In this document: piece after piece, positions 1-11,476 of the stretch
How the letters are laid out: each line of letters begins with the position of its first letter
How positions within the stretch are numbered: the first letter of the stretch is position 1
Virus record (IMG/VR): IMGVR_UViG_3300035498_000745
Span: 1 to 64,000 of that record
Direction: 5' to 3' (one strand)
Length of the DNA stretch: 64,000 nucleotides
Source: a virus
Lineage: Duplodnaviria > Caudoviricetes
The notes under the pieces: model-generated
Databases searched by the model: none
Seen by the model: only the letters and a program-made list of their open reading frames with translations
What the model was told of the DNA's origin: nothing
Translations under genes and position numbers: made by a program

Positions 1-25
1 TAAATATTTCAGTAAGTGTTCTCAT
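1..25 (-). CDS. 5' end of a gene running off the left edge of the window
   Basis: ATG at 25-23 preceded by AAGGAGG RBS and an early-type TATATTAT motif at 75-85. Confidence 0.5.
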
Positions 26-155
26 TTATTTTTCCTCCTTAGATATAATATATTTAATCTACTACTACACCATTATAATATATAATTGATTCCATTATTA
101 ATACATTTGAAAAACAAATAAGTAAATCAATATATAAAGGGAGGTGGCTAATTAA

Positions 156-2215
156 ATGGCTAGTAATAAACATTTTGAAATTGATCAACTGGATCAGCCT
201 AGATTAATTAAAGAGAATGATTTGCAACAAATTACAAACTCAGCGTTATTTAATTCTAGTAATGGTCCAACTTCAGATGGTTTACTTAGTAATGAGATCT
301 TTGGTATTACTAAAGCTGAACGATCTGGCATATTTGCTTATGTAGATCTTGGTGAAAAATTTATCAATCCATACTATTATAAAATCTGGTTAAAGATAGA
401 TAAGAATCTTAGAGGTTGTATATATGAGACACAAAACTTTAAGATAGATTCTAATGGCTATTTAGTTCCAGATTATGATGGAGAGACAGGTATAAAATTC
501 ATTATCAAAAATATTGATAAAATTAATTTCAAGAACTCTAAAAAAGATCAATTCTTGTCAGCTTTACATTATGCTAAAAATAACAAAAAGTTATTTACTA
601 CTAAATTTATCATCATTCCTCCATTCTATAGAGATGTTAATACTAATGGTGGTAGAGTTGGAGTTGGTGAAATTAATAAATTGTATGTGCATCTTTTAAA
701 TAATATAAAAGCTCTTAAAGAAACAACAGAATATGGATTAGATTTAGCAGGAGGAGTTAGAGGAAAAATTCAAGATGGGATGCTTGAAATATTTAACTGG
801 TTTACTCTTGGTGAATCTGTTGTTGGTGGAGAACATACTGGAAGTGGTATATTTAAAAAGTTTGGTGTAATGAGACGTTCTGTAATGTCTGGAACTGTAG
901 ATAACTCTACTAGATTGGTTTTATCTTCTCAGAAAATTAACGTTAATAAAAAAGAAGATCTAATGGTAGATATGGATTATTCAGCTATACCATTACCAGC
1001 AGCTCTAGTTACAATGTATCCATTTGTTATATACCAACTAAGGCAGTTCTTTAATAATGAATTTGGAGGTAAAGCAACTTACCCATATATAGATAAGAAT
1101 GGCAAACAACAGGAAGTAGAATTAGATAATATCCAGATTGAATTTTCTGATGATAGATTAGATAAAGAATTGAATGAATTTGTGCATGGGTATTCTAATA
1201 GATTAAAACCTATAAAAGTTCCTAATAAACAGAATAAAGATATTAATCTACACTTTAAAGGATATTCAATCACTAAAGATGAATATGCGGCAGGCATAAG
1301 AGAGAAAGGCAATATAATGGAACGTGATATGACATGGGTGGATTTGTTCTATATTGCTGCATGTGCTGCTGCTGAAGATAAAGTTGCTATTATAAGCAGA
1401 TACCCCATAAGTAAATTTGTGGCTTCATACTAGTAATAGTGTGTCGAAAATTGCTTTAACAGCTGGAAAATGCTAAAGCTCTCTTGCCTATATGGAATCG
1501 AAAGATAGAAACAAGTAGAGAGATGGGCTATGGTGAAATAAAAGCTTTGTATATTTTGAAGTAGGATATACAAGGTCCTAAGGTCTATTAACAATGTACG
1601 ATCAGCACATTAATAATTATTGATGTTCAACGACTATCCCCATATGGGCTGTGAAATTCAGCAACAGGAGTAGGGCTCAAGTGAGTAGGTGAGAACCCTT
1701 TAAATCAAAACAAGCAATATCCATTATAATGGATAGTGATATAGTCTCAACTCTTAGAGAAATACTAAGGAAGTTCATAAGAGAACTGCATAGATTAACG
1801 ACCTATGTGAAGACATTGAGATTCATACTTCAACCAACTGTATACTAAGATACATATTAATTCTATGACTAGAACAGAACCTATGATAGTGAATGGTGTA
1901 TTTTACCAATGGTATCCTAAAATACGTCAGCAGGATATAGGTTCTAATACTGCTAATAAATTTATTGATACTATGCAAGTTTGTAATCCATATTGCATAT
2001 TGATGGGAGCCGATTTTGATGGTGATCAGGTTACTTGTAAAGTTGCATATAGTGTAGAAGCAAATAAAGAACTTAATGAATATATGAACTCTAATGCTCA
2101 ATATATTACATTAGGCGGCGTCAATGGACGTAAAGCAGATAAAGAAGCAATACAAGCAATATATAGTCTTACAATGGTATTACCAGGAACTAAACTTACG
2201 GATCCACAATTTTAA
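156..2215 (+). CDS. rpoC: Multisubunit RNA polymerase beta'-like subunit, N-terminal half (spliced, ~549 aa; probably virion RNAP)
   Basis: Exons 156-1408 and 1819-2215 join in frame as SRYPI-DSYFNQ. N-terminal DGLLSNEIFG, IIPPFYR and catalytic GADFDGD motifs. Preceded by late-type promoter motif at 113-124, hence the virion RNAP inference. Confidence 0.9.
1409..1818 (+). mobile_element. Group I intron 1 (IA2-like, no ORF) in RNAP beta' gene
   Basis: P1 CCAU|AAG-UAAA-UUUGUGG with U.G at the splice site, core CAACGACTA...GATATAGTC (P7), terminal G in GAAGACATTG; removal restores frame. Confidence 0.93.
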
Positions 2216-2238
2216 AAAAAAAATGAAACAGAAGATTT

Positions 2239-2262
2239 CCCGTAGGCATAATAGCCTACGGG
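2239..2262. terminator. Intrinsic terminator between convergent genes
   Basis: CCCGTAGGC-ATAATA-GCCTACGGG hairpin with A/T-rich flanks. Confidence 0.8.
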
Positions 2263-2389
2263 TTATTCTTCCTATTCAGTTTTTATCGCACAATATCGTT
2301 TCTAAAAACGTTTCTATGATTTTGTTGTACTCTTCTTTGTACAACATCACATTTGACTGTACGATATCGCTATCTTCTCCAATAGTCAA

Positions 2390-2590
2390 CTAGGATAATA
2401 GTATGCCTGATGGCTTATAAAGAAGATAGCTATAGGCTTCAAACTGCCAGAATTTGAACCATCTGTTTTCATAGTTATGGTTCAGCCCATGATCATCAAG
2501 ATAATCTAATAATCTAGCTATAGAGTATTTAAATATTCCATACTTGATTCCATATTCTGGTAGCTCTGATAATAAGCTTTGGCGTATCAT
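2390..2590 (-). CDS. Small hypothetical protein
   Basis: 66 aa ORF with AGGAGGTG RBS; early-type motif at 2714-2724. Confidence 0.6.
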   Translation of the reverse strand: MIRQSLLSELPEYGIKYGIFKYSIARLLDYLDDHGLNHNYENRWFKFWQFEAYSYLLYKPSGILLS

Positions 2591-2752
2591 TCAAACACCT
2601 CCTCATGGTTATTGCTCAACTCTCAACGCCGATGCAGCTTTCATCTTCTATACCTATACCTCCTTTCTGAAGATATAGTATGGAGATAGCTTATAGCTAT
2701 CTCCATCAAGTATATAATATGCAATTTAATTATTATAATATTACTTCTTCTC

Positions 2753-3271
2753 TTACTGTTCAGTAGTATTCTCAGACTTATTGTCTTCAATATTATTTGT
2801 CTTAACAGTTTCTGCTTCTTTCTTCTTAGCAGCTTCCTCAGCAGCTTTCTTTTTAGTTTCCTCAATAGCTTTACGCTCAGCAGCAGCTCTCTGCTCTTCA
2901 GCAGCTTTCTTCTTAGCAGCTTCCTCAGCAGCTTTCTTTTTAGTTTCCTCAATAGCAGCAGCTCTCTGCTCTTCAGCTTTCTTCTTAGCAGCATCAATAG
3001 CAGCCTGCTTTGTGCTCAATCTATTATCACTTGCATAATTAGAGAAATCAAGTACTAAAACTGATCCATCTTCAAGAATCTCCTGAACCACTGCGCGACT
3101 AATCATACACTGTCTGATTTCATCTAAAGTTTTATATACTCTACGTACAGCACTTCTAATTGGCGGGTTAACTGAAGTGATAGGTCTAGAAGGAATAATA
3201 TTTACCTTCTTTACATTTGGATAGTTATTATTTGGCATTGTTCTAATCCTCCTTTTAATATTCATCATCAT
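2753..3271 (-). CDS. Hypothetical protein with K/A/E-rich tandem repeats (likely start near 3238)
   Basis: Repeats KKKAAEE/AIEETKKKAAEEAAKKK, charged helix; AGGAGG RBS before MPNNN. Confidence 0.7.
   Translation of the reverse strand: MMMNIKRRIRTMPNNNYPNVKKVNIIPSRPITSVNPPIRSAVRRVYKTLDEIRQCMISRAVVQEILEDGSVLVLDFSNYASDNRLSTKQAAIDAAKKKAEEQRAAAIEETKKKAAEEAAKKKAAEEQRAAAERKAIEETKKKAAEEAAKKKEAETVKTNNIEDNKSENTTEQ
2812..3003. repeat. Coding tandem repeats
   Basis: Repeated GCTTTCTTCTTAGCAGCTTCCTCAGCA-type units; these also produce shadow ORFs in other frames. Confidence 0.8.
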
Positions 3272-3569
3272 CTAATAATGCATTATTAATATCTTCGATA
3301 TCATAATTCTCATCATCTTCTTCGTCATCTAGTTCATAATCAATAGTACCATCTGGACCAACATCATTGGTATCAATATCTTCATAATATTGAGATTCTG
3401 CGTCAATATCATAATCAAAATTATCGACATCTTCATCTGTGATTTCTGCAATATCATCAATATCACTTCCATCATCTTCTAAGACATCATCCATAGCTGC
3501 CTGTATTTCATCTGTTTCATCATCCAAGTAGTTAGCTATAGCACTATCTTCTCTGATTAACTCATCCAT
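3255..3569 (-). CDS. Highly acidic small protein
   Basis: 104 aa, D/E-rich, AGGAGG RBS. Confidence 0.7.
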   Translation of the reverse strand: MDELIREDSAIANYLDDETDEIQAAMDDVLEDDGSDIDDIAEITDEDVDNFDYDIDAESQYYEDIDTNDVGPDGTIDYELDDEEDDENYDIEDINNALLDDDEY

Positions 3570-3583
3570 GATTTTACCTCCTG

Positions 3584-3799
3584 TTAGAATAAATAATCGG
3601 CATCTTCTAAATCATCAATATGCTCTAATCCATCACCAGATATAGTATTATTAAATAATCCTTTATCTGTAGATGAATCTATAATAGCATCAATTTCAGA
3701 TTCTTCTCTCATTATTGAGTTCATGTCATCTTCTTCCATTTCATTTAGAAGTAATTGTTCTATAGGAGTGCGTACCACTCCCTCTTTAGCAATTATCAT
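3584..3799 (-). CDS. Acidic small protein
   Basis: 71 aa, GGAGGTG RBS, same operon. Confidence 0.65.
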   Translation of the reverse strand: MIIAKEGVVRTPIEQLLLNEMEEDDMNSIMREESEIDAIIDSSTDKGLFNNTISGDGLEHIDDLEDADYLF

Positions 3800-3812
3800 A
3801 TATACACCTCCA

Positions 3813-5102
3813 TTAACTAGATGTTTCTGACATTAGACCTTCTACAGTCTTATCAATGCAGAAAATAACCATCGGTATAAGATAGAATAATTCTTTATTC
3901 TGTGCATAATCAATATGCTTAAGATTTTTTAAATAATCTAAAGTAATTTCTTCATCATTAAAATATTTGATAATAATATTCCTCATAACCCAACTATCAT
4001 CATCTACTTGAGAATTAGATTTGATAATATTGGTAAAATCAGGATCATCAAATATATTAATAGTATAAAAAGCTCTACTTAGATTTCTATACTCCATATA
4101 ATAATAATCAAATGGATAAGCATATAATAATGATAAACGCTGATCACATCTATGAAGATTTCCTATATATGTACCATGATGATTAGTTATATCATGTCTT
4201 TCTAAAGATGCAAAAAACGTTCTATCATAGTCTATAGGAAATGAATTTGGTAATATCATTTGATGCTGAACAGCAATATAGTTGGTCGATCCTTTAACAA
4301 TCTTATTCCTGATAAGGAATTCAATTAAATAAGGATCATAGACTTTAAACCCCATAAATTCATTATAGCCATATTGGTTACGCATTGCTCCTCCAACTGT
4401 ACCATTATTACTATAATTGAATGAAAAAGATTGAATCTTTGCATCATAAAATAATGATATATAATAATCCTTCATTAGAGTGGATAATTCTTCCATCTCT
4501 GAAGCATCATTATAAGTTTCTTCATCTATAAAACTAGCAAAATTAGTTCCGATATTCTTAATCATGAACTTAAGCTTATTTATAACTTGAGATTCAAGAT
4601 TCTCTATACCATCTGATGAGGATAATGTATAAGTAACTTTATACATCACAGCTCCAGTATCTAAAGTATTAGGATCCACTCCTGTAACTTTAAATAAAAG
4701 AGGACCATCTATCTGATCAAGATAAAAGAAATCTCCAGGATACGGAACCAATGTATATGGTAATATAATAGCATCTCCACTAATATCATTAGCCTCTAAT
4801 CCATATTCTCCTACATCAAGATTAGGTTCAATTTTAGTCATTCCATAAATATAAAAGTCTGAAACTTTATTATATCTAAGAGGACTATCAGTGCTTATCT
4901 CTCCAAAATTTCCTCTGGTTGCTTCATCAAATGTAGTCATAGTACTATTAAGATTATAATATGCGCATTTAGAAGCTCTCTTATCAGAGAACAAATAATA
5001 TGGATTATTTAATATATTTTTTACAGTAGTTTGAATGCTATTCGATATGGAGTGTTGAGTCAATACTCCAGTTCTATCAGTATTAGTGAATCTTCCAGCC
5101 AT
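3813..5102 (-). CDS. Hypothetical late protein, probably virion structural
   Basis: 429 aa, strong RBS, late promoter motif 5133-5144. Confidence 0.6.
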   Translation of the reverse strand: MAGRFTNTDRTGVLTQHSISNSIQTTVKNILNNPYYLFSDKRASKCAYYNLNSTMTTFDEATRGNFGEISTDSPLRYNKVSDFYIYGMTKIEPNLDVGEYGLEANDISGDAIILPYTLVPYPGDFFYLDQIDGPLLFKVTGVDPNTLDTGAVMYKVTYTLSSSDGIENLESQVINKLKFMIKNIGTNFASFIDEETYNDASEMEELSTLMKDYYISLFYDAKIQSFSFNYSNNGTVGGAMRNQYGYNEFMGFKVYDPYLIEFLIRNKIVKGSTNYIAVQHQMILPNSFPIDYDRTFFASLERHDITNHHGTYIGNLHRCDQRLSLLYAYPFDYYYMEYRNLSRAFYTINIFDDPDFTNIIKSNSQVDDDSWVMRNIIIKYFNDEEITLDYLKNLKHIDYAQNKELFYLIPMVIFCIDKTVEGLMSETSS

Positions 5103-5175
5103 TAATCTACCTCCTTTCTAGAGATAATAATTTATTAAAATGTTCAATTTAAGCCATATTACACAAAAATAATAG

Positions 5176-5205
5176 TATAGGGCAGGGAATTAACCCTACC
5201 CTATA
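5176..5205. terminator. Intrinsic terminator
   Basis: TATAGGGCAGGG-AATTAA-CCCTACCCTATA hairpin, T-rich on minus strand. Confidence 0.75.
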
Positions 5206-5211
5206 AATAAT

Positions 5212-6144
5212 TTATCTAAGTTTATTTACAACAAATATTTCTATATATTTATATAAATCATCAATATAAATCCCTCCTTGTATATAACTTATTGGGGCTT
5301 CAGAATCTATGTATAATTTACTTAATACATCGGTTGAACCTGATGGTGTGGATTCTTCAATTCTCCACCATTTAAGAAGTTTATTATCAAAATCAAAATA
5401 ATTAGATACATCATTACAAAACAAAATATATGGTTGAACAAACCCAGTTGCATTTAAATGGCTTTCGCATGAATATTTAGTTTCTATTCCAAGTTGATTA
5501 AGTAATTGAATAACTTTGCCAATATTGTAATCTAAGACTATATGTTTTGTAGGAGTATCAGGTGAACAATTTTGACATTCAATCATAAAATTTTCAAACA
5601 TTGGTACGGGTGGTATAATAGTATCTAATTTTTCACTTGAAATATTCTTAGATTGTACCTTTGCAAAATAAGCTTGCTTAAATTCTATATCACCTAATTT
5701 ATGGAAGCATTTAGAACAATAACAGGACGCATGTCTAGTATCATTATTAAAGAATTCTTGAACAAATTCCTCTTTATGCAATTTTGATGTATAATCATAA
5801 AATTGTGCACTATTATTGTTTTTTCTTTCATTCTTTGTGATTATATCTAATGGTTGAGCTAAATAGCAATTATTAGGTAATTGTATGAAATAGAAATTAA
5901 AATAATCATTATAATAGAATTCGCCATTTTCTTTAACTATAATATTATCTTTATTAAAATCACTGTATGCTATTTCTTCGTACAATTCTTTTGCCTTTTC
6001 AAAATAATCTGTAACTACTTCTAATGGTGTTGTTCCTGAACATAAGGCATAATCTTCATAATGACCATACCCTTCAGAACCTTGTGTTGGTTCTACAAAT
6101 AAATACCCTAAATAATAATACCTTTTATAATATTTTTCTTCCAT
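5212..6144 (-). CDS. Cys-rich putative Zn-binding protein, paralog of 6162-6785 with extra N-terminal domain
   Basis: CYCSKC, CQNC and TKYSCESH motifs; clear similarity to the neighbouring gene. Confidence 0.7.
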   Translation of the reverse strand: MEEKYYKRYYYLGYLFVEPTQGSEGYGHYEDYALCSGTTPLEVVTDYFEKAKELYEEIAYSDFNKDNIIVKENGEFYYNDYFNFYFIQLPNNCYLAQPLDIITKNERKNNNSAQFYDYTSKLHKEEFVQEFFNNDTRHASCYCSKCFHKLGDIEFKQAYFAKVQSKNISSEKLDTIIPPVPMFENFMIECQNCSPDTPTKHIVLDYNIGKVIQLLNQLGIETKYSCESHLNATGFVQPYILFCNDVSNYFDFDNKLLKWWRIEESTPSGSTDVLSKLYIDSEAPISYIQGGIYIDDLYKYIEIFVVNKLR

Positions 6145-6161
6145 ATTTTGCCTGCCTTCCC

Positions 6162-6785
6162 TTATTTGCTTTCCTTAATATACTTCTTAATATATTTATA
6201 TAAGTCATCTATATGAGATCCGTTTACAACATAACTCATTGGAGCATCAAAGGTTATACATAATCTGCTTCTAGTCGCAGGAGTTTCAGTAATGAAGTTC
6301 TCAATCCTCCACCATTTAAGTAATTCATTATCCATATCAAAATATCTGGATACATTGTCATAGAATAATATATACGGTTGCTCAAATCCTGTGTTCGTTA
6401 TATGCCCTTCACAACAGAACATAGTTCTAAGGTTAAGTCTATTAAGTAATTGAATAACCTTACCAATATTGTAATCTAATATTACATGATTTGTAGGTCT
6501 ATCAGGTGAGCACTTTGGGCATTCTGTCATAAACTCTTCAAGACGTGGTACATTAGGCATCATCTGATCTAATTTGCTAGTTGGGATATTTTTAGATACT
6601 ATCTTTACAAAATAAGTCTGTTTGAATTCTATATCTCCTAGCTTATGAAAACAATTCTCACAATAACAAGATGCGAATCTATTATCATTATGAGAAAATG
6701 CCTGTGCAAATTTCTCTGAATTAGATTTGGTTGTATAGTCCCAAATAGACATGGTGTTATTATTTTTCTTCTTTTTCTTTCCCAT
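6162..6785 (-). CDS. Cys-rich putative Zn-binding protein
   Basis: CYCENC, CPKC and TMFCCEGH motifs. Confidence 0.7.
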   Translation of the reverse strand: MGKKKKKNNNTMSIWDYTTKSNSEKFAQAFSHNDNRFASCYCENCFHKLGDIEFKQTYFVKIVSKNIPTSKLDQMMPNVPRLEEFMTECPKCSPDRPTNHVILDYNIGKVIQLLNRLNLRTMFCCEGHITNTGFEQPYILFYDNVSRYFDMDNELLKWWRIENFITETPATRSRLCITFDAPMSYVVNGSHIDDLYKYIKKYIKESK

Positions 6786-6794
6786 TTTATCCTC

Positions 6795-7187
6795 CTAATA
6801 ATAATGCTTCTTTTTATTATTTACTATTCTTACCATATCTTCTCTTCTCATCTGAGATCTGCATTCTTGTTCTAAGAATGGATAAGCTTCTGCTATCTTG
6901 AGAAGTACATTGTTCTTATAAAGAGTATAATTTCTTTGTCTATTATATTTATCCATTTTACTTATAGCTTTTATTGTCTGTGTATAACCTGACTCTATTT
7001 TGTGTCTAGCATCATTAACCATTATTCTTCTTATATTATGCTCTCTTAATTCCATAGGAACTTTATCGTTGTATCTAAATGCTATAGAATCTTCATACAA
7101 TTCTCTAGGACTTCTTAGATCTATTTTAATAGAATCAATACACTCTTTAAAGAATTTATTCTTTTCCATATTATTCATATACGTCAC
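6795..7187 (-). CDS. Hypothetical basic protein
   Basis: 130 aa, overlaps primase stop; C-terminal MVRIVN motif. Confidence 0.65.
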   Translation of the reverse strand: MTYMNNMEKNKFFKECIDSIKIDLRSPRELYEDSIAFRYNDKVPMELREHNIRRIMVNDARHKIESGYTQTIKAISKMDKYNRQRNYTLYKNNVLLKIAEAYPFLEQECRSQMRREDMVRIVNNKKKHYY

Positions 7188-8235
7188 TAATCATATTAAC
7201 TGAATCTATTATCCTTTCTTTTGGAACACCATAATCCTTTTCTCCATCCATCATATTTCTATGAATAAATATATTACTTGGAAGCATCTGAATACCTAAA
7301 ATTATAAGTCTATATAATTCATAGTCATTTACATCTTTATCTGGATATATATGAATTTCATAATTCATTATACCAGTCTCATGTAATACAAACTGTAATG
7401 CCTGTTTATATGATTTCCCTCCACTAGCAATATAAATACATTGATCTATACAACAGTTATTCAAATTATAAAATACTGATAGTAGATCAAATGCTCCCTC
7501 AGTAATATGAATCTTTACTTTATTAGGATTCATTGTATCTATCTTTGTAGGTATAATATAGAAATTTTTGTTATCATCTATCTTATCTATAAGATTATAA
7601 TTTATATATCTCTTATCAATAGATTTATCTAAATTTCTAGTAAATAATACTCTTCTAAGAGTAGCAAATGAATTATCATATGAAATAAACCCAATAAAAC
7701 TATTATTGAGTTGATTACATATTCTTTGATCTCTATTAAGTTGTAATTTATTATAATTTATCACATCATATAGATTAATAAATATCTTTAGAGATAAGAT
7801 ATCATTATAACTAAAGTTTGATCCAATACGTTCATTTATATATTTCAGTTTCATCTGACTGAATTTATTATCTGTAATCATAGAGTTCTTTAGCGGATAT
7901 ATATTTATATTTTTTAATGTCTTATATTTAGGAAGTTTCATAATATCAGCATTGTGTTTAGATATTGCTACTAATGTATTACTATTATAGCATCCTAATT
8001 TTCTTAACACATCATCATTAAATATCCCATGTGCAGAACATAACTTACAATGATATTGTGATAAATCTTCAACAGTTCTTGGAACTGATATATACATATG
8101 AGCATGATTTGGATTTTTAGAATCTTGACAAAATGGGCATCTTACAACTACCTCTGATCTACCTGATGCTGGTTTAGCATTTGGGTAAAATGATTTGATC
8201 ATATCTATAAAATTATTTCCTAAAAGATCATACAT
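7171..8235 (-). CDS. DNA primase (Zn finger + TOPRIM)
   Basis: CPFC...H...CKLC Zn finger, ITEGAFD, YPDKD and terminal KDYG motifs. Confidence 0.85.
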   Translation of the reverse strand: MYDLLGNNFIDMIKSFYPNAKPASGRSEVVVRCPFCQDSKNPNHAHMYISVPRTVEDLSQYHCKLCSAHGIFNDDVLRKLGCYNSNTLVAISKHNADIMKLPKYKTLKNINIYPLKNSMITDNKFSQMKLKYINERIGSNFSYNDILSLKIFINLYDVINYNKLQLNRDQRICNQLNNSFIGFISYDNSFATLRRVLFTRNLDKSIDKRYINYNLIDKIDDNKNFYIIPTKIDTMNPNKVKIHITEGAFDLLSVFYNLNNCCIDQCIYIASGGKSYKQALQFVLHETGIMNYEIHIYPDKDVNDYELYRLIILGIQMLPSNIFIHRNMMDGEKDYGVPKERIIDSVNMISDVYE

Positions 8236-8367
8236 ATTTCATCACCTTTCTTAATTGCATGTATTAGAAAAAATAATATCGCACAAAATATTCCAGGTTG
8301 TCATAAAGACAACCTGAATATATTTTGACAGAGAAAGATACCGATTAATAAGTTACACACTTTATAA

Positions 8368-8610
8368 TTATGTTGGTTCATTTGTAATATCAAATCCAAC
8401 ATAAAATTCTATGCCAACAGCATTAGCATATCTAATAAGACTCCTTAATGTAGGAGATGAATCACTACCAGACTCTATATTAGATACGCATGATTCAGAT
8501 AAACCACTTTCTAAGGCAACCTCTTTTTGAGTTAACTTCTTTGCCTTTCTAGCATTAGTTAATTGCATACGGAAAGTTTTATCTTTAATCATAGCTTCTG
8601 TATTATTCAT
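8368..8610 (-). CDS. XRE-family helix-turn-helix regulator
   Basis: ARKAKKLTQKEVALESGLSESCVSNIESG..PTL pattern. Confidence 0.9.
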   Translation of the reverse strand: MNNTEAMIKDKTFRMQLTNARKAKKLTQKEVALESGLSESCVSNIESGSDSSPTLRSLIRYANAVGIEFYVGFDITNEPT

Positions 8611-8621
8611 AACAATCCCCC

Positions 8622-11418
8622 TTATATATAAAGTGAAAACATTAGTAATTCATCATCAAGATTATCACTAATCATAGGTACAAGTTCACCATCCCTTTTA
8701 CCAGGACAATTATTCTCTCTATTCCAATCAATAATTTCAAATTGGGAAGATTTAATAGTACCAATAAGTTCAAATAGTGTATTCAATACTTTTGGGTTCT
8801 GATATTTATTTTGAATCTCGTTATAAAGTTCTGCATTTCTAATCTCTGTAGCATTGTTTTTAGTGATAGCTTTTTTGCTTGATTGACGTACAACCTTAGA
8901 AGAGATTATCCAAGGCAATAATATCATGCCCATTCCTAACAACATATTTTTAGCAGCTATAATAAGCTTGATATAATCAATAGAGCTAGGAATGCTCTTC
9001 CATGTCTCAGGATCACCCAAATCTTTATAAAATACATATCCAACTAATGTACTAGTTGTCTTATTTATAATTTGAGATCCCCCTCTGGTTAATGCTTTTC
9101 TATAATGCTCAATCTCTTCATCAGAAAATGGCCCATACGCATTTTCAATTATTTTTACTGCTTGTTCACTAGATACTTTATTCTGTAGGAACAATGCTTC
9201 ATCCTTCTTGTTTAACCTTGCCTCATACCTCCAAATCTTCACGAAGGTCGTTAATCTTCGCAGTTCTCTTATGAACTTCTCTAGTAATTAGCTAGAAGAG
9301 GAGACTATATCACTATCCTTTGCAGGATATGCTTCCATTTCGACTTACCTGGACTTATTGAGCGTGCCAGACCCACTTGGGTGCTACATATATAGTCGTT
9401 GAACGTTACTAATAATTATACAAATTGCATATTTCTTTAAAAGTCTTCTTGTGTTTAATATTTGATATACAGGTAAAATAATTAGATAATTCTTTATCTG
9501 TAAGAATATCTGTATTTATACCTATTAATTTCAAAATGCTATTTGCTGTTATAATATCTTTACCATAAGTTTGATAGTAGTGACAAATAAAATGTATTTG
9601 ATCATTAGTAAATAAATATTTATTTTTATATGCTGAACTAAAATCATATAAAGACGATATTGATTTCCAACTTAATCCTGCTTTTATATTACATATTATT
9701 CTTCTGAGATCGCAATTATCATAATTTAATATGTTACAAATATCTTTAGTAGAATATCCTAATTCTATTAGCTTACATATTTCATGAACTTGATTATTGG
9801 TAAGCACAGAACTAATTCTATCTTCACCTAAAGATATTAAATTATTAGAAAAAGCATGATGTACATTTTCTTCACGAGTAACCCATTCTAAATTCCATAT
9901 CCAATTATGATATTTTATACCATCTTTATGATTTACATCTAAATACTCACATCCATCAATGTATAAAAACGTCATTAATATTATTCTATGCAATGATGTA
10001 CTAAGTATACTTCCATCGTGTCTTTTTAAATGTACTGACACGTATTCGTTACTATCAAAACTTGTTGCTTTTGGTAAGTAATTTCCAGTTGCCAAATTAT
10101 GAATATAACCATATGAGCTAACTGAATAGTATCTCATAACGTCTGGAAATACCCATTCTGGTAACATCCTTTTACATTCGTATTCTTGTTTGTATTCCGG
10201 AAGAATCATATATAAATCACCTCCATGAATGCAACCAATGTATAATTATTAGTCTTCGCTGCTGATCATGAATTGTTAATAAGTTTTAGGACCTTGTATA
10301 TTAGGCGTATATACAAAGCTTGTATTTCACCATGACTCATCTCTGTACTTTGTTTCTATCTTTCGATTCTCTTATAATAAGAGCTCCAGAGCTTTACCAT
10401 TTTTCAGCATTTAGAAAGCTTTTCCACACAATATTACTATTATATGGCGACCGTATTTTTGATCGTACTCTGAGTTCTGATCTTCATCTCTTTCAGATGA
10501 TGATAATCTATTTAATTGATACTCATATGCAATATCAGTAATTTTATATTGAAGAGATTTTCTATTAGAATAATAGTTGAAATTAATGATATTATTATCA
10601 TATGAATATTTAGGCATGATCTGTAAAATCACGTCATTTACAGAATCCTTAGTATGAGTTGTAGGATTATTACCTCTAATGAAGTTCTTATCCCATAACT
10701 TCTTATCAGGATTCTTAGATTTATTCACTACAGATAATGCAGTTTCATAAATCTTATCATAAATGTATATACCCCTCTCCTCTTCATACTTTACCATACA
10801 CATATCAAATAATTCAAGCATAAAGTCTTGTACTTCTGCTGAACTTCTTATCATATGCATATACATATAGTGTGTAGCAAGTGGTATGTACATATCCATC
10901 ATTAATGAAATTTCATATAATATCTTAGCATGACCGTCTGTAAACTGTAAATTTGGAGTTCTGCCTCCATTATTTGACAATTTCATACTGTAGTTATCTT
11001 CTACAAAATGAACGATCTTTCTAGATATAGAGTTATTCCTAATAATATAACGATTTATATCATTCATGAAAGCATCTTTTGTATAAAGACGTTCATAATC
11101 TATAATGGTCTTCATATTATAGGTTAACATAAGAAGCTCTTTGTCATAATCATAAAACCTTTCAAAATAGTTCATGTACTGACATATATGATCTCGCATC
11201 TTATCTGAATTATAAGAACGCTTACTATTCATAGCAAAGTAGTCTAACTGTCTTGCTTCATCAGACTGATCGACTGAAAAGAACTCTGCTATAGGAAGTA
11301 TAATCTCCCCTTTAATATTTTTGAATATAACATCTTTTGGGTCTACTGGATACTTTTCTGAACCCCATTCATCGACAGGTATAAAATTACTCCTGTCTAT
11401 AATATGACACATAATCAT
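8622..11418 (-). CDS. Probable non-virion RNAP promoter-specificity (sigma-like) subunit, AR9 gp226-type (spliced, ~521 aa)
   Basis: Exons 11418-10462 and 9230-8622 join in frame as NSEYD-RYEARL. Function inferred from size and from lying two genes downstream of the chaperonin, as gp226 does relative to gp228 in AR9. Confidence 0.55.
9231..10461 (-). mobile_element. Group I intron 2 carrying HNH homing endonuclease
   Basis: P1 CGAU|C...GGUCG with U.G, core CAACGACTA...GATATAGTC, shared 3' P9 region, terminal G in GAAGATTTGG. Confidence 0.9.
9409..10209 (-). CDS. HNH homing endonuclease (NUMOD4-like N-terminus, HNH, C-terminal HTH-like repeats)
   Basis: YSVSSYG, HRIILMTF, VNHKDGIKYHNWIWNLEWVTREEN. 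Confidence 0.9.
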   Translation of the reverse strand: MILPEYKQEYECKRMLPEWVFPDVMRYYSVSSYGYIHNLATGNYLPKATSFDSNEYVSVHLKRHDGSILSTSLHRIILMTFLYIDGCEYLDVNHKDGIKYHNWIWNLEWVTREENVHHAFSNNLISLGEDRISSVLTNNQVHEICKLIELGYSTKDICNILNYDNCDLRRIICNIKAGLSWKSISSLYDFSSAYKNKYLFTNDQIHFICHYYQTYGKDIITANSILKLIGINTDILTDKELSNYFTCISNIKHKKTFKEICNLYNY

Positions 11419-11476
11419 GGTTTATAAACACCTCCCACCATATTGCTAATTATATAGTATACAACGAAAATATACA

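Noticed and set aside
1409-1818. Stop-codon recoding, frameshifting or pseudogenes as the reason for broken core genes
   Set aside because: Every break is explained by a group I intron whose removal restores frame and motif; TAA, TAG and TGA all act as normal stops
2641-3038. ORFs 2641-2997(-) and 2781-3038(+)
   Set aside because: Alternative-frame shadows of the repeat-rich 2753-3271 gene
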